From IMG/VR virus record IMGVR_UViG_3300006143_000333, positions 64,959-128,958 of that record: 64,000 nucleotides of DNA. One strand, 5' to 3'. Both the position numbers and the translations under genes were made by a program. Below the pieces are notes generated by a model. That model did not search any database and was not told where the DNA came from. It saw only the letters and a program-made list of their open reading frames with translations. This document shows positions 41,001 through 51,098 of this stretch, one piece after another; the stretch's first letter is position 1, and each line of letters opens with the position of its first letter. This stretch comes from a virus (Duplodnaviria > Caudoviricetes).

Positions 41001-41165
41001 ATGTTAAGTAGCATTAAGAATATTGATAAGAAATTTTGTTTGCTTGTTGGTGTAGTATTTTTAATATTATCACTTGTGACACATATTTCATGTTTTACTT
41101 TTGGATTTATGAGTGGTATTGGTGTGGCAGGATGGATGTGTCTGCCAGATAAGGAGAACAAATAA
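41001..41165 (+). CDS. 54-aa membrane protein, absent from ORF track
   Basis: SD aaggagg, ATG; hydrophobic. Confidence 0.65.
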   Translation: MLSSIKNIDKKFCLLVGVVFLILSLVTHISCFTFGFMSGIGVAGWMCLPDKENK

Positions 41166-41573
41166 ATGCTTTGGTCATGGAATGAAACAGATGATGAAAA
41201 TTGGACACATGGTACGTTTAACACTAAAGATGAAGCAATACAGGATGCTATAGGTTGTAGAAAATGGATTGAAAGAAGTTTATCTACAGATAATCCAATA
41301 ATTTATGTTGGTGAGTGTAAACTTGTTCCGCTAAGAACTGACCCTGATCCAGATAGAATTATGGAGGAGTTAGACGAAGCATATTGTGATGATTCTGGAT
41401 GTGATACATACATTTATGATGGTGTAACTGACGAAGAGAGAAAATGGTTAGAGGATAAGCTATCAGAGTTAATGTTTGAATTTCATCAAAAGATTGGTTT
41501 GAATCCTGGATGGTTTAAAGTTGTTTCTATGGAAGAAGTTAATTTGAATGATTATAGATTAAAGAAAGGGTGA
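41166..41573 (+). CDS. hypothetical protein
   Basis: RBS aaggag. Confidence 0.75.
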   Translation: MLWSWNETDDENWTHGTFNTKDEAIQDAIGCRKWIERSLSTDNPIIYVGECKLVPLRTDPDPDRIMEELDEAYCDDSGCDTYIYDGVTDEERKWLEDKLSELMFEFHQKIGLNPGWFKVVSMEEVNLNDYRLKKG

Positions 41574-41578
41574 TATAA

Positions 41579-41872
41579 ATAAGTAAAGTAGTATTTGTTA
41601 GTATAGATAAGCCGAAAAGATGGGGCGAATGGCACTCAGGAAGTACAGATAGTGTTTATTATAGTGATTTTTTAAATGAAAATGAAGATGTGAATAATTT
41701 TTTAGAACAAGTAAAACATGATTATTCAGATAATAATTTATCTGACAATAAATGTGATCACGAATATTACATAAAGTATGTTGTACTAGATTATAATAAA
41801 AATGACGTTAAAGGATTTGAAACATTATGTAGAATGATGAGAGCTTACAGTTCTTACAACAATAGAAGATAA
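41579..41872 (+). CDS. hypothetical protein, ATA start
   Basis: SD agggtg; ATA in frame 37 codons before the track start. Confidence 0.6.
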   Translation: MSKVVFVSIDKPKRWGEWHSGSTDSVYYSDFLNENEDVNNFLEQVKHDYSDNNLSDNKCDHEYYIKYVVLDYNKNDVKGFETLCRMMRAYSSYNNRR

Positions 41873-41930
41873 GAAGGCTTAAAACCACGCTTTTATTGGT
41901 AAAAAATTAGAAAGGACAATAGATATAAAA

Positions 41931-42662
41931 ATGTATAATTGGCAAGTAATGCATTTGTGTGATAGACAATTAAGAGATGTAAATCCTAGTGACATTTTGA
42001 ATAATGGATTATATAGAAGATGTGATATATATAAAGGTGGCGGAGGGTATGATAAGTTTTCCGATATTTATAAAAATAGAACTGGTCAAGTAAAAGAGTG
42101 TAATGAACAATTTGTTGTACAGTTAAAAGGTTGTCCTCTTAGATGTCCTTATTGTTATGTTACAGAAGATGGTGTACATAAAGGATCATACAGTTTAATA
42201 TCTACAGAACGGCTTATCAAAGATTTTTATGATTCTAATTTGTCTGTTCTACATCTTATGGGTGGTGCTCCTGCATTATATATTAACTATTGGAAAGAAA
42301 TACTGGAGAGACTAGAAGCACAATTTGTTTTTCATAGTGATTTACTATTGGTTGAAAACGAATATTCAAAACGAACAATAGAAGAATTAGTAAAATATCC
42401 TAACTCTTTGTATGCTGTCAGCATTAAGGGTGGAACCAATGAGGAATTTAAGAAAAATACTGGTGTAAATCTCAATGAAGAGCTATTTTGGAAAAATTTT
42501 GATATCATTGTTGACTGTAAGTTGCCGTTTTATATAACATTTACAGGCATGACAGGTGAAAGTATAAAATTATTTAAAAATATTCTTATACAGAGATATG
42601 GGAATCATATTTTAGATGATAGTTTTTCTATCAATCTTATTAATTATGAAGCTTTAAAGTAA
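41931..42662 (+). CDS. radical SAM protein
   Basis: GCPLRCPYC, LMGGAP. Confidence 0.8.
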   Translation: MYNWQVMHLCDRQLRDVNPSDILNNGLYRRCDIYKGGGGYDKFSDIYKNRTGQVKECNEQFVVQLKGCPLRCPYCYVTEDGVHKGSYSLISTERLIKDFYDSNLSVLHLMGGAPALYINYWKEILERLEAQFVFHSDLLLVENEYSKRTIEELVKYPNSLYAVSIKGGTNEEFKKNTGVNLNEELFWKNFDIIVDCKLPFYITFTGMTGESIKLFKNILIQRYGNHILDDSFSINLINYEALK

Positions 42663-42696
42663 GGCAATAGAACAAGTCTTTTCAAATGGAGGTTAT

Positions 42697-43110
42697 ATGA
42701 TAAAAGAATTTAGAGGTAAATATTATTTTCTCAGTAATTTTTATGAAGCTCAAATAACATACGATGGAATAACATATCAAAATAATGAGGCTGCCTTTCA
42801 ATCTGCAAAAGTATTGGATAGATCAGTTAGGGAGAAATTTTCTATGCTTGATCCGTCTTCTGCTAAAAGAAAAGGCAGACATGCACAATTAAGGCACGAT
42901 TGGGAAAAGGTTAAATTTGACATTATGTATGAAATTTGTATGGCAAAATTTTCTCAGAACGAAGAATTAAAAATCAAACTATTAGAGACAAGGGATGAAT
43001 ATTTAGAAGAAGGGAATACATGGGGAGATAGGATCTGGGGAACTGTTAATGGGAAAGGACAGAACAATCTTGGTAAAATTCTCATGAGAGTCAGAGAAGA
43101 ACTAAGATAA
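42697..43110 (+). CDS. NADAR (YbiA-like) family protein
   Basis: FLSNFY, EAAFQSAK, KFSQN, DRIWG, GQNNLGKILMRVR. Confidence 0.9.
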   Translation: MIKEFRGKYYFLSNFYEAQITYDGITYQNNEAAFQSAKVLDRSVREKFSMLDPSSAKRKGRHAQLRHDWEKVKFDIMYEICMAKFSQNEELKIKLLETRDEYLEEGNTWGDRIWGTVNGKGQNNLGKILMRVREELR

Positions 43111-43140
43111 ATTCGCAATTTCAAAGGAGGAAATATTGAA

Positions 43141-43515
43141 ATGAATGGTAAAGAATATCAGGAATTAGCAATGAGAACGTATGATGGATATGCAAAGAAT
43201 CGCTTATCTAACAATGTTATGAGTGCTACATTTTATGAAACGGCAGCACTTTTGAATGGTGTTTTAGGACTTACAGGAGAAGCAGGTGAAGTATCTGATC
43301 TAGTTAAGAAGAGTATTTTTCATGAAAAAGGTATTGATAAAGAACACTTAGAAAAAGAATTAGGAGATGTAATGTGGTACATAGCACTTATATGTCATAC
43401 TTGCGGATTTAATTTGGATGAGATTATGCAAATGAATATTGACAAGTTGAAAGCTAGATATCCTGAAGGTTTTGATGTTGTGAAAGCAAATAATAGAGAA
43501 AACGGTGATGTGTAA
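43141..43515 (+). CDS. MazG-like NTP pyrophosphohydrolase
   Basis: GLTGEAGEV, KELGDVMWY, NIDKLKARYP. Confidence 0.9.
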   Translation: MNGKEYQELAMRTYDGYAKNRLSNNVMSATFYETAALLNGVLGLTGEAGEVSDLVKKSIFHEKGIDKEHLEKELGDVMWYIALICHTCGFNLDEIMQMNIDKLKARYPEGFDVVKANNRENGDV

Positions 43516-43530
43516 GGGAGGAGATTTTTT

Positions 43531-43728
43531 ATGCAATATATCTTAACTGAACATGAAATGAATCTTGGATGTGAGTTAGTCGAAGTATGGGAAACAGAAG
43601 AAATGGATCTTGATAGTATCTACATAGAGCAAAATAATCTCCATAATTAGGGATATTTTATAGTAGTACATTGTACTGATACAGAAAAAAATTTATATAA
43701 AATATCCGTATTTCATAGAAATAAGTAG
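43531..43728 (+). CDS. 65-aa hypothetical protein
   Basis: SD ggagg, ATG. Confidence 0.55.
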
Positions 43729-43756
43729 ATAAATTGTGTGTTTCAAAGGAGTAAAA

Positions 43757-44107
43757 ATGTTTAAAGTAATTGATAAAAGGGATAATGACATTAGGGAAAT
43801 TTATGCTGTTTCTAATGATGAGTTTGATCCTAAATTTCTTTATTATGATTCAACAGCAAAGAAATGGGAATGGTGTTTTGCAAATTGGTTTGAACCATAT
43901 ACTGAAAATCGTTTTATGATAGAGGATAAACCATATCATTTTAATTCAGATAGAATTCGTGGCATTATTACGGTTACTGATGTAATAACAGGAAATCATA
44001 GAAATAAAGAATGGAAAACCTATGACGATGGTTTTAATGATAGAGAATATGTAATTGAAATGTTAAAAGATGTTTTGCTAAAAGAAAATAGCAAGGGAGG
44101 ATTGTGA
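43757..44107 (+). CDS. hypothetical protein
   Basis: RBS aaggag. Confidence 0.65.
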   Translation: MFKVIDKRDNDIREIYAVSNDEFDPKFLYYDSTAKKWEWCFANWFEPYTENRFMIEDKPYHFNSDRIRGIITVTDVITGNHRNKEWKTYDDGFNDREYVIEMLKDVLLKENSKGGL

Positions 44108-46032
44108 TTGGACAAAGTAAAAAGAATAAAGGAATTATCAAAATTGTTACAAAAAGCATCATATGCGTATTATGGGCGAGATAATCCTATTATGAGTGAC
44201 AAGGAATATGATGATCTATATGACGAATTATCAAAATTAGAAGTGGAGGCTGAATATGTACTGGCAGGATCTCCAACACAAAAAGTCCAAGGATATGTAT
44301 TAGATGGTTTTAGCAAAGTAGAGCATTCAAAGCCAATGCTTAGTGCTAATAAAACCAAAGATATAAAAGAAATTGAAAAGTTTATTAAAGGTAAGGAGTT
44401 TTATGGTTCATATAAGCTTGATGGACTTACAGTAGTAGCACGCTATAAAGACGGGAAATTTGTACAAGGAATTACAAGAGGAACGGGAACGGTAGGAGAA
44501 GATATCACAGAACAATGCAAATTTATAAAAAATCTTCCTATGGCTATTTCATATAAGCAAGATTTAGAGTTACGAGGAGAATGTGTAATATCGTGGAATG
44601 AATTTAAACGGATCAATGAGGCTTTAGATAGTCCTTATTCACATCCACGCAATTTGGCGCAGGAACAATACGTAATCTTGATTTGAATATTTTAAAGAAT
44701 AGGAACTTATCTTTTATTGTATTTGAATGTGTAACAGATATTGGGGAGAATAGTAAGTCAAAATCTCTTAGTTATATCAACAATATTGGATTTGAAATTG
44801 TTCCATTTACAAAATTAGATTGTACAATAGAACAAGCAAATGATGCACTCCAACCAGAGTTTTATCAGTATCCAACAGATGGAATCATTTTTGAGTTAGA
44901 CAGTAGAAAACTATCTGAATCATTAGGGGTAACGTCACATCATGAATGCTGCAGAATGGCGTTGAAGTGGGAAGATGAGTTGTATGAAACTACATTAAAA
45001 GATATTGAATGGAATACTTCAAAAACAGGACTTGTCAATCCTGTGGCAGTTTTTGAACCAGTAAATTTAGATGGGGCGATTACTACCAGAGCGACATTAC
45101 ATAATATTTCTTATATAGAAGATTTACAGTTGGGTATTGGAGATACAATTCAAGTATATCGTGCAAATATGGTAATTCCAAAAGTACACAGCAATCTTAC
45201 GATGAGTAATACATGGAAACTTCCAGATAAATGTCCTTGTTGTGGAGGAGATGTAGAAATACATAATGAAAATGGAAGCAAGACATTACATTGTATGAAT
45301 CCTGATTGTAAAGCAAAATTGCTTGGAAAACTTGTTCACTTTGTAAGTAAAAATGCAATTAATATAGATGGGCTATCGGAGCAGACATTACAGAAATTTA
45401 TTGATTTAAGATGGTTAGAATCATTCAAAGATATTTATTACTTGTCAGAACACAAAGAAGAAATATATAAACTTGACGGTTTTGGTAAGAAATCTGTTGA
45501 TAAATTGTTAGAGAGTATTGAAAAAAGTAGAAATACTACATTGGATAGATTCATTTATGGACTGTGTATTCCTCTGATTGGCAGAACAGCAAGTAAAGAA
45601 ATTGCAAAATTCTTTAACTATGATTATGAAAAGTTTAGAACAGATGGAATAGTAACGCATTATAGTCAAATTGATGGATTTGGAGATAATATGAACCAGT
45701 CGTTACATGATTATTTGCGAGAAAATCACATGAAGATATCTACATTGGCTGATGAATTTATTTTTGAAACGAAGAGTGAGAGTAATAATAATGCAAACTT
45801 ATCAAACAAAACTTTCGTAATTACTGGTAGCTTAAATCATTATAAAAACCGTGACGAACTTGTAAATATTATTGAACGGTTTGGTGGTAAAGTATCTAGT
45901 TCTGTGTCAACTAAAACATCATATTTGTTAAATAATAATGTTACAAGCACATCTGGGAAAAATAAAAAAGCAATTGAATTAGGAATACCTATTATATCCG
46001 AAGAAGAATTTGATAAAATTTTATTAAAATAA
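44108..46032 (+). pseudogene. ligA: NAD-dependent DNA ligase split by a 1-nt deletion at ~44659 (or sequencing error)
   Basis: KLDG, TRG, ELRGE, PRNLA|GTIR, DG, Zn finger, HhH, BRCT. Confidence 0.88.
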
Positions 46033-46286
46033 ATAATAAAAGAGAATTATCAAGACAATTATAGAGATATTGAATTTGGATAGTAATTTTGTCAGATATG
46101 TATGGAAATTTTTTAAGTAAATAGATGATTAGATTAAATTTTAATGAAGGAAAGGAATGAAAAGATTGCTTTATAATGGTAAGGGAGAGAATAAAGAATA
46201 TTGTGACAGAGTAATCAAGGATATTTTGAAACAATGGGAACAGAATGTTTCGGGTAAAACGACGAATCAGGAAGGAGATAGGAAAA

Positions 46287-46565
46287 ATGAGGTTGATTGA
46301 TGCAGATACATTATTGAATTCTTTGAAGAAAAATGTTCTTGTTGATGTAACATCGGTTTTGGAAGAAGTTATAGAGAGTCAGCCGACAGTTTATAATTTG
46401 GACAAAATCATTGAGGATTTGGAGAAATATGCACACAGTGATATTTGCCATGATTGTCACAGATGTAGGTACATTAATGAAGACAATATTAATTGTGAAC
46501 AGTGTGGTGCGCTTGGGGCATTAGAAATTGTAAAAGAGCTGATTAAAAATACTTATGTGAATTAA
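46287..46565 (+). CDS. hypothetical protein (MRLIDAD type)
   Basis: MRLIDAD...QPTVY pattern. Confidence 0.7.
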   Translation: MRLIDADTLLNSLKKNVLVDVTSVLEEVIESQPTVYNLDKIIEDLEKYAHSDICHDCHRCRYINEDNINCEQCGALGALEIVKELIKNTYVN

Positions 46566-46686
46566 TATTAGAGGAAAAAAATAACAAATAGAATAGAATG
46601 AAAGTGTTATTTCATCGTTTCTTGAAGATATGAAGAAATTTGAAGTATAGACAGCAAAACATAAAAGAAAAAAGGAGAAAAAGAGT

Positions 46687-47331
46687 ATGAGAATTATTGA
46701 ACCAAGTTATGAGATTTTAACAGAGATTTCCGAAGGTGGAATCAAGGAATTACAGCACATTGAGAAGATAGCAAGAGTATGCTACAAAAGTGAGAATTTG
46801 ATTACAGAAGATGGAGAATCAGCAAAAAAGATGGTTAAAATGCTTATCGACAGAGGGCATGAGGCAATGATTGAGCATTCTTCATTATCTGTTAAGTTTA
46901 CAGTGGATCGTGGTGTGTCACATGAATTGGTGAGACATAGAATTGCTTCGTTTGCGCAGGAGAGTACAAGATATTGTAATTATTCAAAGGATAAGTTTGA
47001 TAATGGTATTACATTTATTAAGCCGTTTTTCTTTAAAGAAGGGACAACAGAATATGAAGAATGGGAAGATGCTATGGATAATGCGGAGCAGTCTTATTTA
47101 TTCTTAATTAATGAATGTGGTGCGACACCGCAAGAAGCACGTTCTGTATTGCCTAACAGTACCAAGACAGAGATTACAATTACGGCAAATTATCGTGAAT
47201 GGCGCAACTTCTTTAAGCTGAGAACCGCAAAGGCAGCGCATCCATCTATGCAAGAAATTACAAGACCCTTATTGAAAGAATTAAAGACAAAACTACCTAT
47301 TATTTTTGATGACATTGAAGTAGAGGAGTGA
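46687..47331 (+). CDS. thyX: flavin-dependent thymidylate synthase
   Basis: HELVRHRIASFAQESTRY, ARSVLP. Confidence 0.95.
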   Translation: MRIIEPSYEILTEISEGGIKELQHIEKIARVCYKSENLITEDGESAKKMVKMLIDRGHEAMIEHSSLSVKFTVDRGVSHELVRHRIASFAQESTRYCNYSKDKFDNGITFIKPFFFKEGTTEYEEWEDAMDNAEQSYLFLINECGATPQEARSVLPNSTKTEITITANYREWRNFFKLRTAKAAHPSMQEITRPLLKELKTKLPIIFDDIEVEE

Positions 47332-47338
47332 TTATTTA

Positions 47339-47842
47339 ATTAGTAGAAGAAAGAATAAATATATCGAACTTGAAAACGAATATCTAATAGAATTGTATTT
47401 TCCAAATAGTAATGAAATTGAAGACTATGCTCATATTTCTAAGATTGACTATGAGAAATGTAAAGAAGTGTACTGGAAGAAAAGTGAGTATGGATATGCT
47501 CGTGGATATTTTAATAAAAGAGCAGTATTGCTACACAAATTTATTACTAATACAGACGATACAATTCTAATAGATCACATAAATAGAAATAAATTGAATT
47601 GTACAAGGAATAATCTAAGATTTGCAGATAAAAGTATAAACAGCTTAAATAGAGATTTACAATCAAATTCAACTACTGGCTATAAAGGAGTTTCTTTAGA
47701 TAAAAGAAGAAATAAATATAGAGCCTATTTAAAGAAAAATGGTAAACAAATATGGTTGGGCTATCATGATACATTAGAGGAAGCTGTGCTTGCTAGGCAA
47801 AATGGATTTGAAAAAATATATGGTAAAGATATTTATATTTGA
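47339..47842 (+). CDS. HNH-AP2 homing endonuclease, probable ATT start
   Basis: LHKFI..IDHINRNKLNCTRNNLR, then GYKGV..YRAY..LGY...EAVLAR. Confidence 0.85.
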   Translation: MSRRKNKYIELENEYLIELYFPNSNEIEDYAHISKIDYEKCKEVYWKKSEYGYARGYFNKRAVLLHKFITNTDDTILIDHINRNKLNCTRNNLRFADKSINSLNRDLQSNSTTGYKGVSLDKRRNKYRAYLKKNGKQIWLGYHDTLEEAVLARQNGFEKIYGKDIYI

Positions 47843-47863
47843 AGTGGAGGAATAAATACATAT

Positions 47864-48430
47864 ATGATTATTGTTTTACTAGGGGCTTCCGGATCAGGGA
47901 AGTCCACAATTGAAAATGAATTAGCAACACATCATGGCTTTGAAAAGATTATTTCGTACACTACGAGACAGCCTAGAACTGGCGAAGAAAATGGAAAAAA
48001 CTATTATTTTACAGAAAATAATACATTTGCCGCCATGATAAACACAGATGTTTTGGCAGAATATGACGAATATTCACAAGGAAGATTATATGGAACTTTG
48101 AAATCTGACTATGCAGACGGCAATAAAGTAGTTGTACTTACACCAAACGGACTCAGACAGCTTAAACAAAATTGTCCAAATGACAACATTTTTACTGTAC
48201 TTGTAAACGCAAGTCTTGGTACAAGAGTAAAAAGATACATAGACAGATGTGGCGTTAATGAATTTACTTTTGATGATAAGAATGAAATTGCTGCGAGAGT
48301 TGAGAGAGATTTTTCGATGTTTTTAAGATTAGAAAGAGAAGTAAATCTTGTAGTTAATAACAATGAAGGAACAGATATTAATGATGTTGTGAAAGAAATT
48401 TTAGAAACAGAAAGGATGTATAACGTATGA
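47864..48430 (+). CDS. guanylate kinase-like protein
   Basis: GASGSGKST, SYTTRQPRTGE. Confidence 0.85.
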   Translation: MIIVLLGASGSGKSTIENELATHHGFEKIISYTTRQPRTGEENGKNYYFTENNTFAAMINTDVLAEYDEYSQGRLYGTLKSDYADGNKVVVLTPNGLRQLKQNCPNDNIFTVLVNASLGTRVKRYIDRCGVNEFTFDDKNEIAARVERDFSMFLRLEREVNLVVNNNEGTDINDVVKEILETERMYNV

Positions 48431-48882
48431 ATAGAACCGTGTATCTCGGTGGTGCCATGAGTTGTTATTTTAATACAGATCAGCACGACTATCCTAAAAA
48501 GTGGAGAGAAGATGCAAAGAAATATGTTAAGCAACTCTATGACGGCATTATTCTTATATCACCAACAGATTTCTATGAAATAGGGAAAAATTACCATAAG
48601 AAAGAATCTGAAACAATGCGATTTGATCTTAGGATGGTAAGAGAAGCAGATATTGTTCTTGTAAATATAAAGGATCTACATAGTTCACTTGGAACATCAG
48701 ATGAAATTTTATATGCATTTATCAGTGGTAAACCTGTTATTGGATTCCTAGAAGATGAATCAGAAGTAAAAAATATTCATCCATGGAAGATTGAACAGAT
48801 TGACAGGATTGAGACTGGTGAGGATGCTATGAAACATGCAATAGATTATATCTATAGATATTATGTGGACAGGAATAATTAA
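48427..48882 (+). CDS. nucleoside 2-deoxyribosyltransferase-like protein
   Basis: VYLGG, DL..V..ADIVLV, SLGTSDEI..A..GKPV. Confidence 0.75.
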   Translation: MNRTVYLGGAMSCYFNTDQHDYPKKWREDAKKYVKQLYDGIILISPTDFYEIGKNYHKKESETMRFDLRMVREADIVLVNIKDLHSSLGTSDEILYAFISGKPVIGFLEDESEVKNIHPWKIEQIDRIETGEDAMKHAIDYIYRYYVDRNN

Positions 48883-49093
48883 AAAGGAGGATTTAGAAAT
48901 TATTAATACAAGCCATAAACTGGCAAAAGAATTATTAAGTAAACCAGATGGATTTATTACTGCTGTACATAAAGGAGATGAATATATTATTGAAAATTTA
49001 AAAAGGACAATTACACATGCAAATAACGATGACAGTGTGATACATTGGGCAGTAAATTTACGAGATGGTGGAAAGGGAAATATTAAAAGATGA
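48863..49093 (+). CDS. hypothetical protein
   Basis: Overlapping coupled ORF. Confidence 0.6.
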   Translation: MWTGIIKKEDLEIINTSHKLAKELLSKPDGFITAVHKGDEYIIENLKRTITHANNDDSVIHWAVNLRDGGKGNIKR

Positions 49094-49923
49094 TGTTTTC
49101 AGAAAGAAATGTAGTTTCATGTAAAAACTATTATGTCAAAAGAAAAAAGGAATTAACTAATCAAGTAGCAGAATTTGAAAAGATTCCAACGCTTGTTGTT
49201 ATACAAATTGATGATAATAGATCATCAAATTCATATATAAAAGGAAAGAAAAAAGATTGTGAAGAAATAGGGATAGATTTTGTACATTTTAAATTGGATT
49301 CAAGAAAATATTCACAAAAAGATTTATGTAATACATTAATTGCTTTAAGCAAAGATGAATTAATTCACGGAATCATTATTCAGCTTCCAATTCCAAATAA
49401 ATATAATTTTAACAAATTAATAAATTGTATCACTCCAGAAAAAGATGTTGATGGTTTTAGAAAAGATAGTCTATTTAAACCATGTACTCCAAGAGGAATT
49501 ATGGATTGGTTAGAATATAATCATTATGATTTTGTTGGTAAAAACATTACTGTATTAGGGAGAAGTAAAATTGTGGGAAAACCTTTAGTTGATATGTTGA
49601 TTGATAAAGGAGCTACTGTAACATGTTGCAATAGTCACACAACACATATTGAAAGATATACTCTTAATTCAGATTTGGTAATTTCAGCTATAGGAAAAGC
49701 AAAATTATTATGTTGTGAACTTCCTTCCAATGCTATTGTTATAGATGTTGGTATTAATCATGATATTAATAATAAATTATGTGGAGATGTTAATTTTGAA
49801 TATGTTAAAAATAATATTGAAAACACATATGTAACACCTGTGCCTGGAGGAGTTGGATTGCTCACAAGAATTTCATTGCTAAAAAATGTAATTGATGCAT
49901 ATAAGATACAGGATAAAAAATGA
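49090..49923 (+). CDS. folD: methylenetetrahydrofolate dehydrogenase/cyclohydrolase
   Basis: QLP, KDVDG, PCTP, GRSKIVGKP, DVGIN, TPVPGGVG. Confidence 0.95.
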   Translation: MMFSERNVVSCKNYYVKRKKELTNQVAEFEKIPTLVVIQIDDNRSSNSYIKGKKKDCEEIGIDFVHFKLDSRKYSQKDLCNTLIALSKDELIHGIIIQLPIPNKYNFNKLINCITPEKDVDGFRKDSLFKPCTPRGIMDWLEYNHYDFVGKNITVLGRSKIVGKPLVDMLIDKGATVTCCNSHTTHIERYTLNSDLVISAIGKAKLLCCELPSNAIVIDVGINHDINNKLCGDVNFEYVKNNIENTYVTPVPGGVGLLTRISLLKNVIDAYKIQDKK

Positions 49924-50171
49924 GAAATTGTGTAAAAGTTAAAGTAAATAGTATCGAAAGCGCAAAAGAATTTTCAAGAATCTGTGAAAGATTTGAAGAA
50001 GATATTGATTATATAGTTGGAAGATATACCATTGATGCAAAATCTATACTTGGTATTTTATCTACAACACTTGGCAAAATTGCAGAAGTCAAAATTTGTT
50101 CTAAAGATTTGAAAACGATAGAATTATTTTTTAATTCAATAAATTCTTGGATTGTGGAGGAAACTATATGA
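49920..50171 (+). CDS. short HPr-like protein (no His15)
   Basis: IDAKSILG Ser46 motif; no His in the protein. Confidence 0.75.
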   Translation: MRNCVKVKVNSIESAKEFSRICERFEEDIDYIVGRYTIDAKSILGILSTTLGKIAEVKICSKDLKTIELFFNSINSWIVEETI

Positions 50172-50407
50172 AAATCAAATTAAACACAATTAATGACATA
50201 TCAAGTTTTACGACAGCATGTGGCAACTATTATGAAGGAGAAATTGATATTAAACAAGGACGACAGATTATCGATGGGAAAAGTATCTTAGGAATATATA
50301 GTCTTAATTTGTTGAAACCTTTAGATGTGTCTATTAATGCTAATAATAAAGATGTTGAACAAAATTTTTATAATTTTATAAAAAAATGGTACACAGATGA
50401 AGAATAA
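50168..50407 (+). CDS. short HPr-like protein (no His15)
   Basis: IDGKSILGIYSL; no His in the protein. Confidence 0.75.
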   Translation: MKIKLNTINDISSFTTACGNYYEGEIDIKQGRQIIDGKSILGIYSLNLLKPLDVSINANNKDVEQNFYNFIKKWYTDEE

Positions 50408-50558
50408 TAATATAATGATTAATTTTAAAAGATGAAAACAGGGGTGAAGATATGAAGATTCATTTATTTGAAGGAATATTTGAGGTTGACTGGAAAGCAG
50501 TAGTAGGTATTGGAATTATAATTTTAGGATACGCCTTGTTAACTATATGAGGAGGGAT

Positions 50559-51098
50559 TTGTTGAATACAATAGTAATAAACTTATTTGGAGAGCCAGGA
50601 GTAGGTAAAAGTACAGCGGCCATGGATATCACAGCAAGATTAAAAAGAAAAGGCATAAATGCAGAATATGTTTCTGAATTTGCAAAAGATAAGGTATATG
50701 AAAACAACGGAGAAGTATTTAAGCATCAGGAATATTTATTTGGTAAACAATCATTTAAGATGGGCAGAGTAAGAGATAAGGTTCAAGTAATGGTGGTAGA
50801 TTCTCCGTTGCTCCTATGTATTGTTTATAACAATGACAAAACACTTGGAAAAGATTTCAACAAGACGGTTCGTGATGTATTTAATTCATATACTAACAGA
50901 AATTATCTACTTACAAGAAACCATATATACGAAGATGAAGGAAGATTTCAAAATGAAGAAGAAGCATTGGAAGTTAGAAAACAGATTATAATGGCATTAG
51001 ATAGTATGAATATTACTTATAATTTTGCTACATCTAGCGAATTAGATTGTGAGATTATAGCAAATAAAATTGCGGAGGAAATTAGAAAAAATGAATAG
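50559..51098 (+). CDS. NadR/AAA_28-like P-loop kinase
   Basis: GEPGVGKST, EYVSEFAK, VDSPL, GRFQ. Confidence 0.75.
   Translation: MLNTIVINLFGEPGVGKSTAAMDITARLKRKGINAEYVSEFAKDKVYENNGEVFKHQEYLFGKQSFKMGRVRDKVQVMVVDSPLLLCIVYNNDKTLGKDFNKTVRDVFNSYTNRNYLLTRNHIYEDEGRFQNEEEALEVRKQIIMALDSMNITYNFATSSELDCEIIANKIAEEIRKNE

Larger units (their letters stand above)
5955..46614 (+). repeat. Dispersed 16-bp quasi-palindrome T(G/A)AAA-N6-TTT(C/T)A at gene junctions, 24 copies found by eye
   Basis: Starts at 5955, 6430, 8360, 8681, 9648, 10089, 10612, 12601, 14242, 15381, 16518, 19522, 21410, 22290, 22791, 23514, 38215, 40642, 40971, 41880, 42668, 43108, 43730, 46599; some copies have 1-2 arm mismatches. Confidence 0.85.

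Noticed and set aside
5955-46614. Junction palindrome as a CRISPR array or CcpA cre site
   Set aside because: Copies are separated by whole genes and no cas genes are present; cre is 14 bp with a central CG, whereas this motif is 16 bp with a free 6-bp centre
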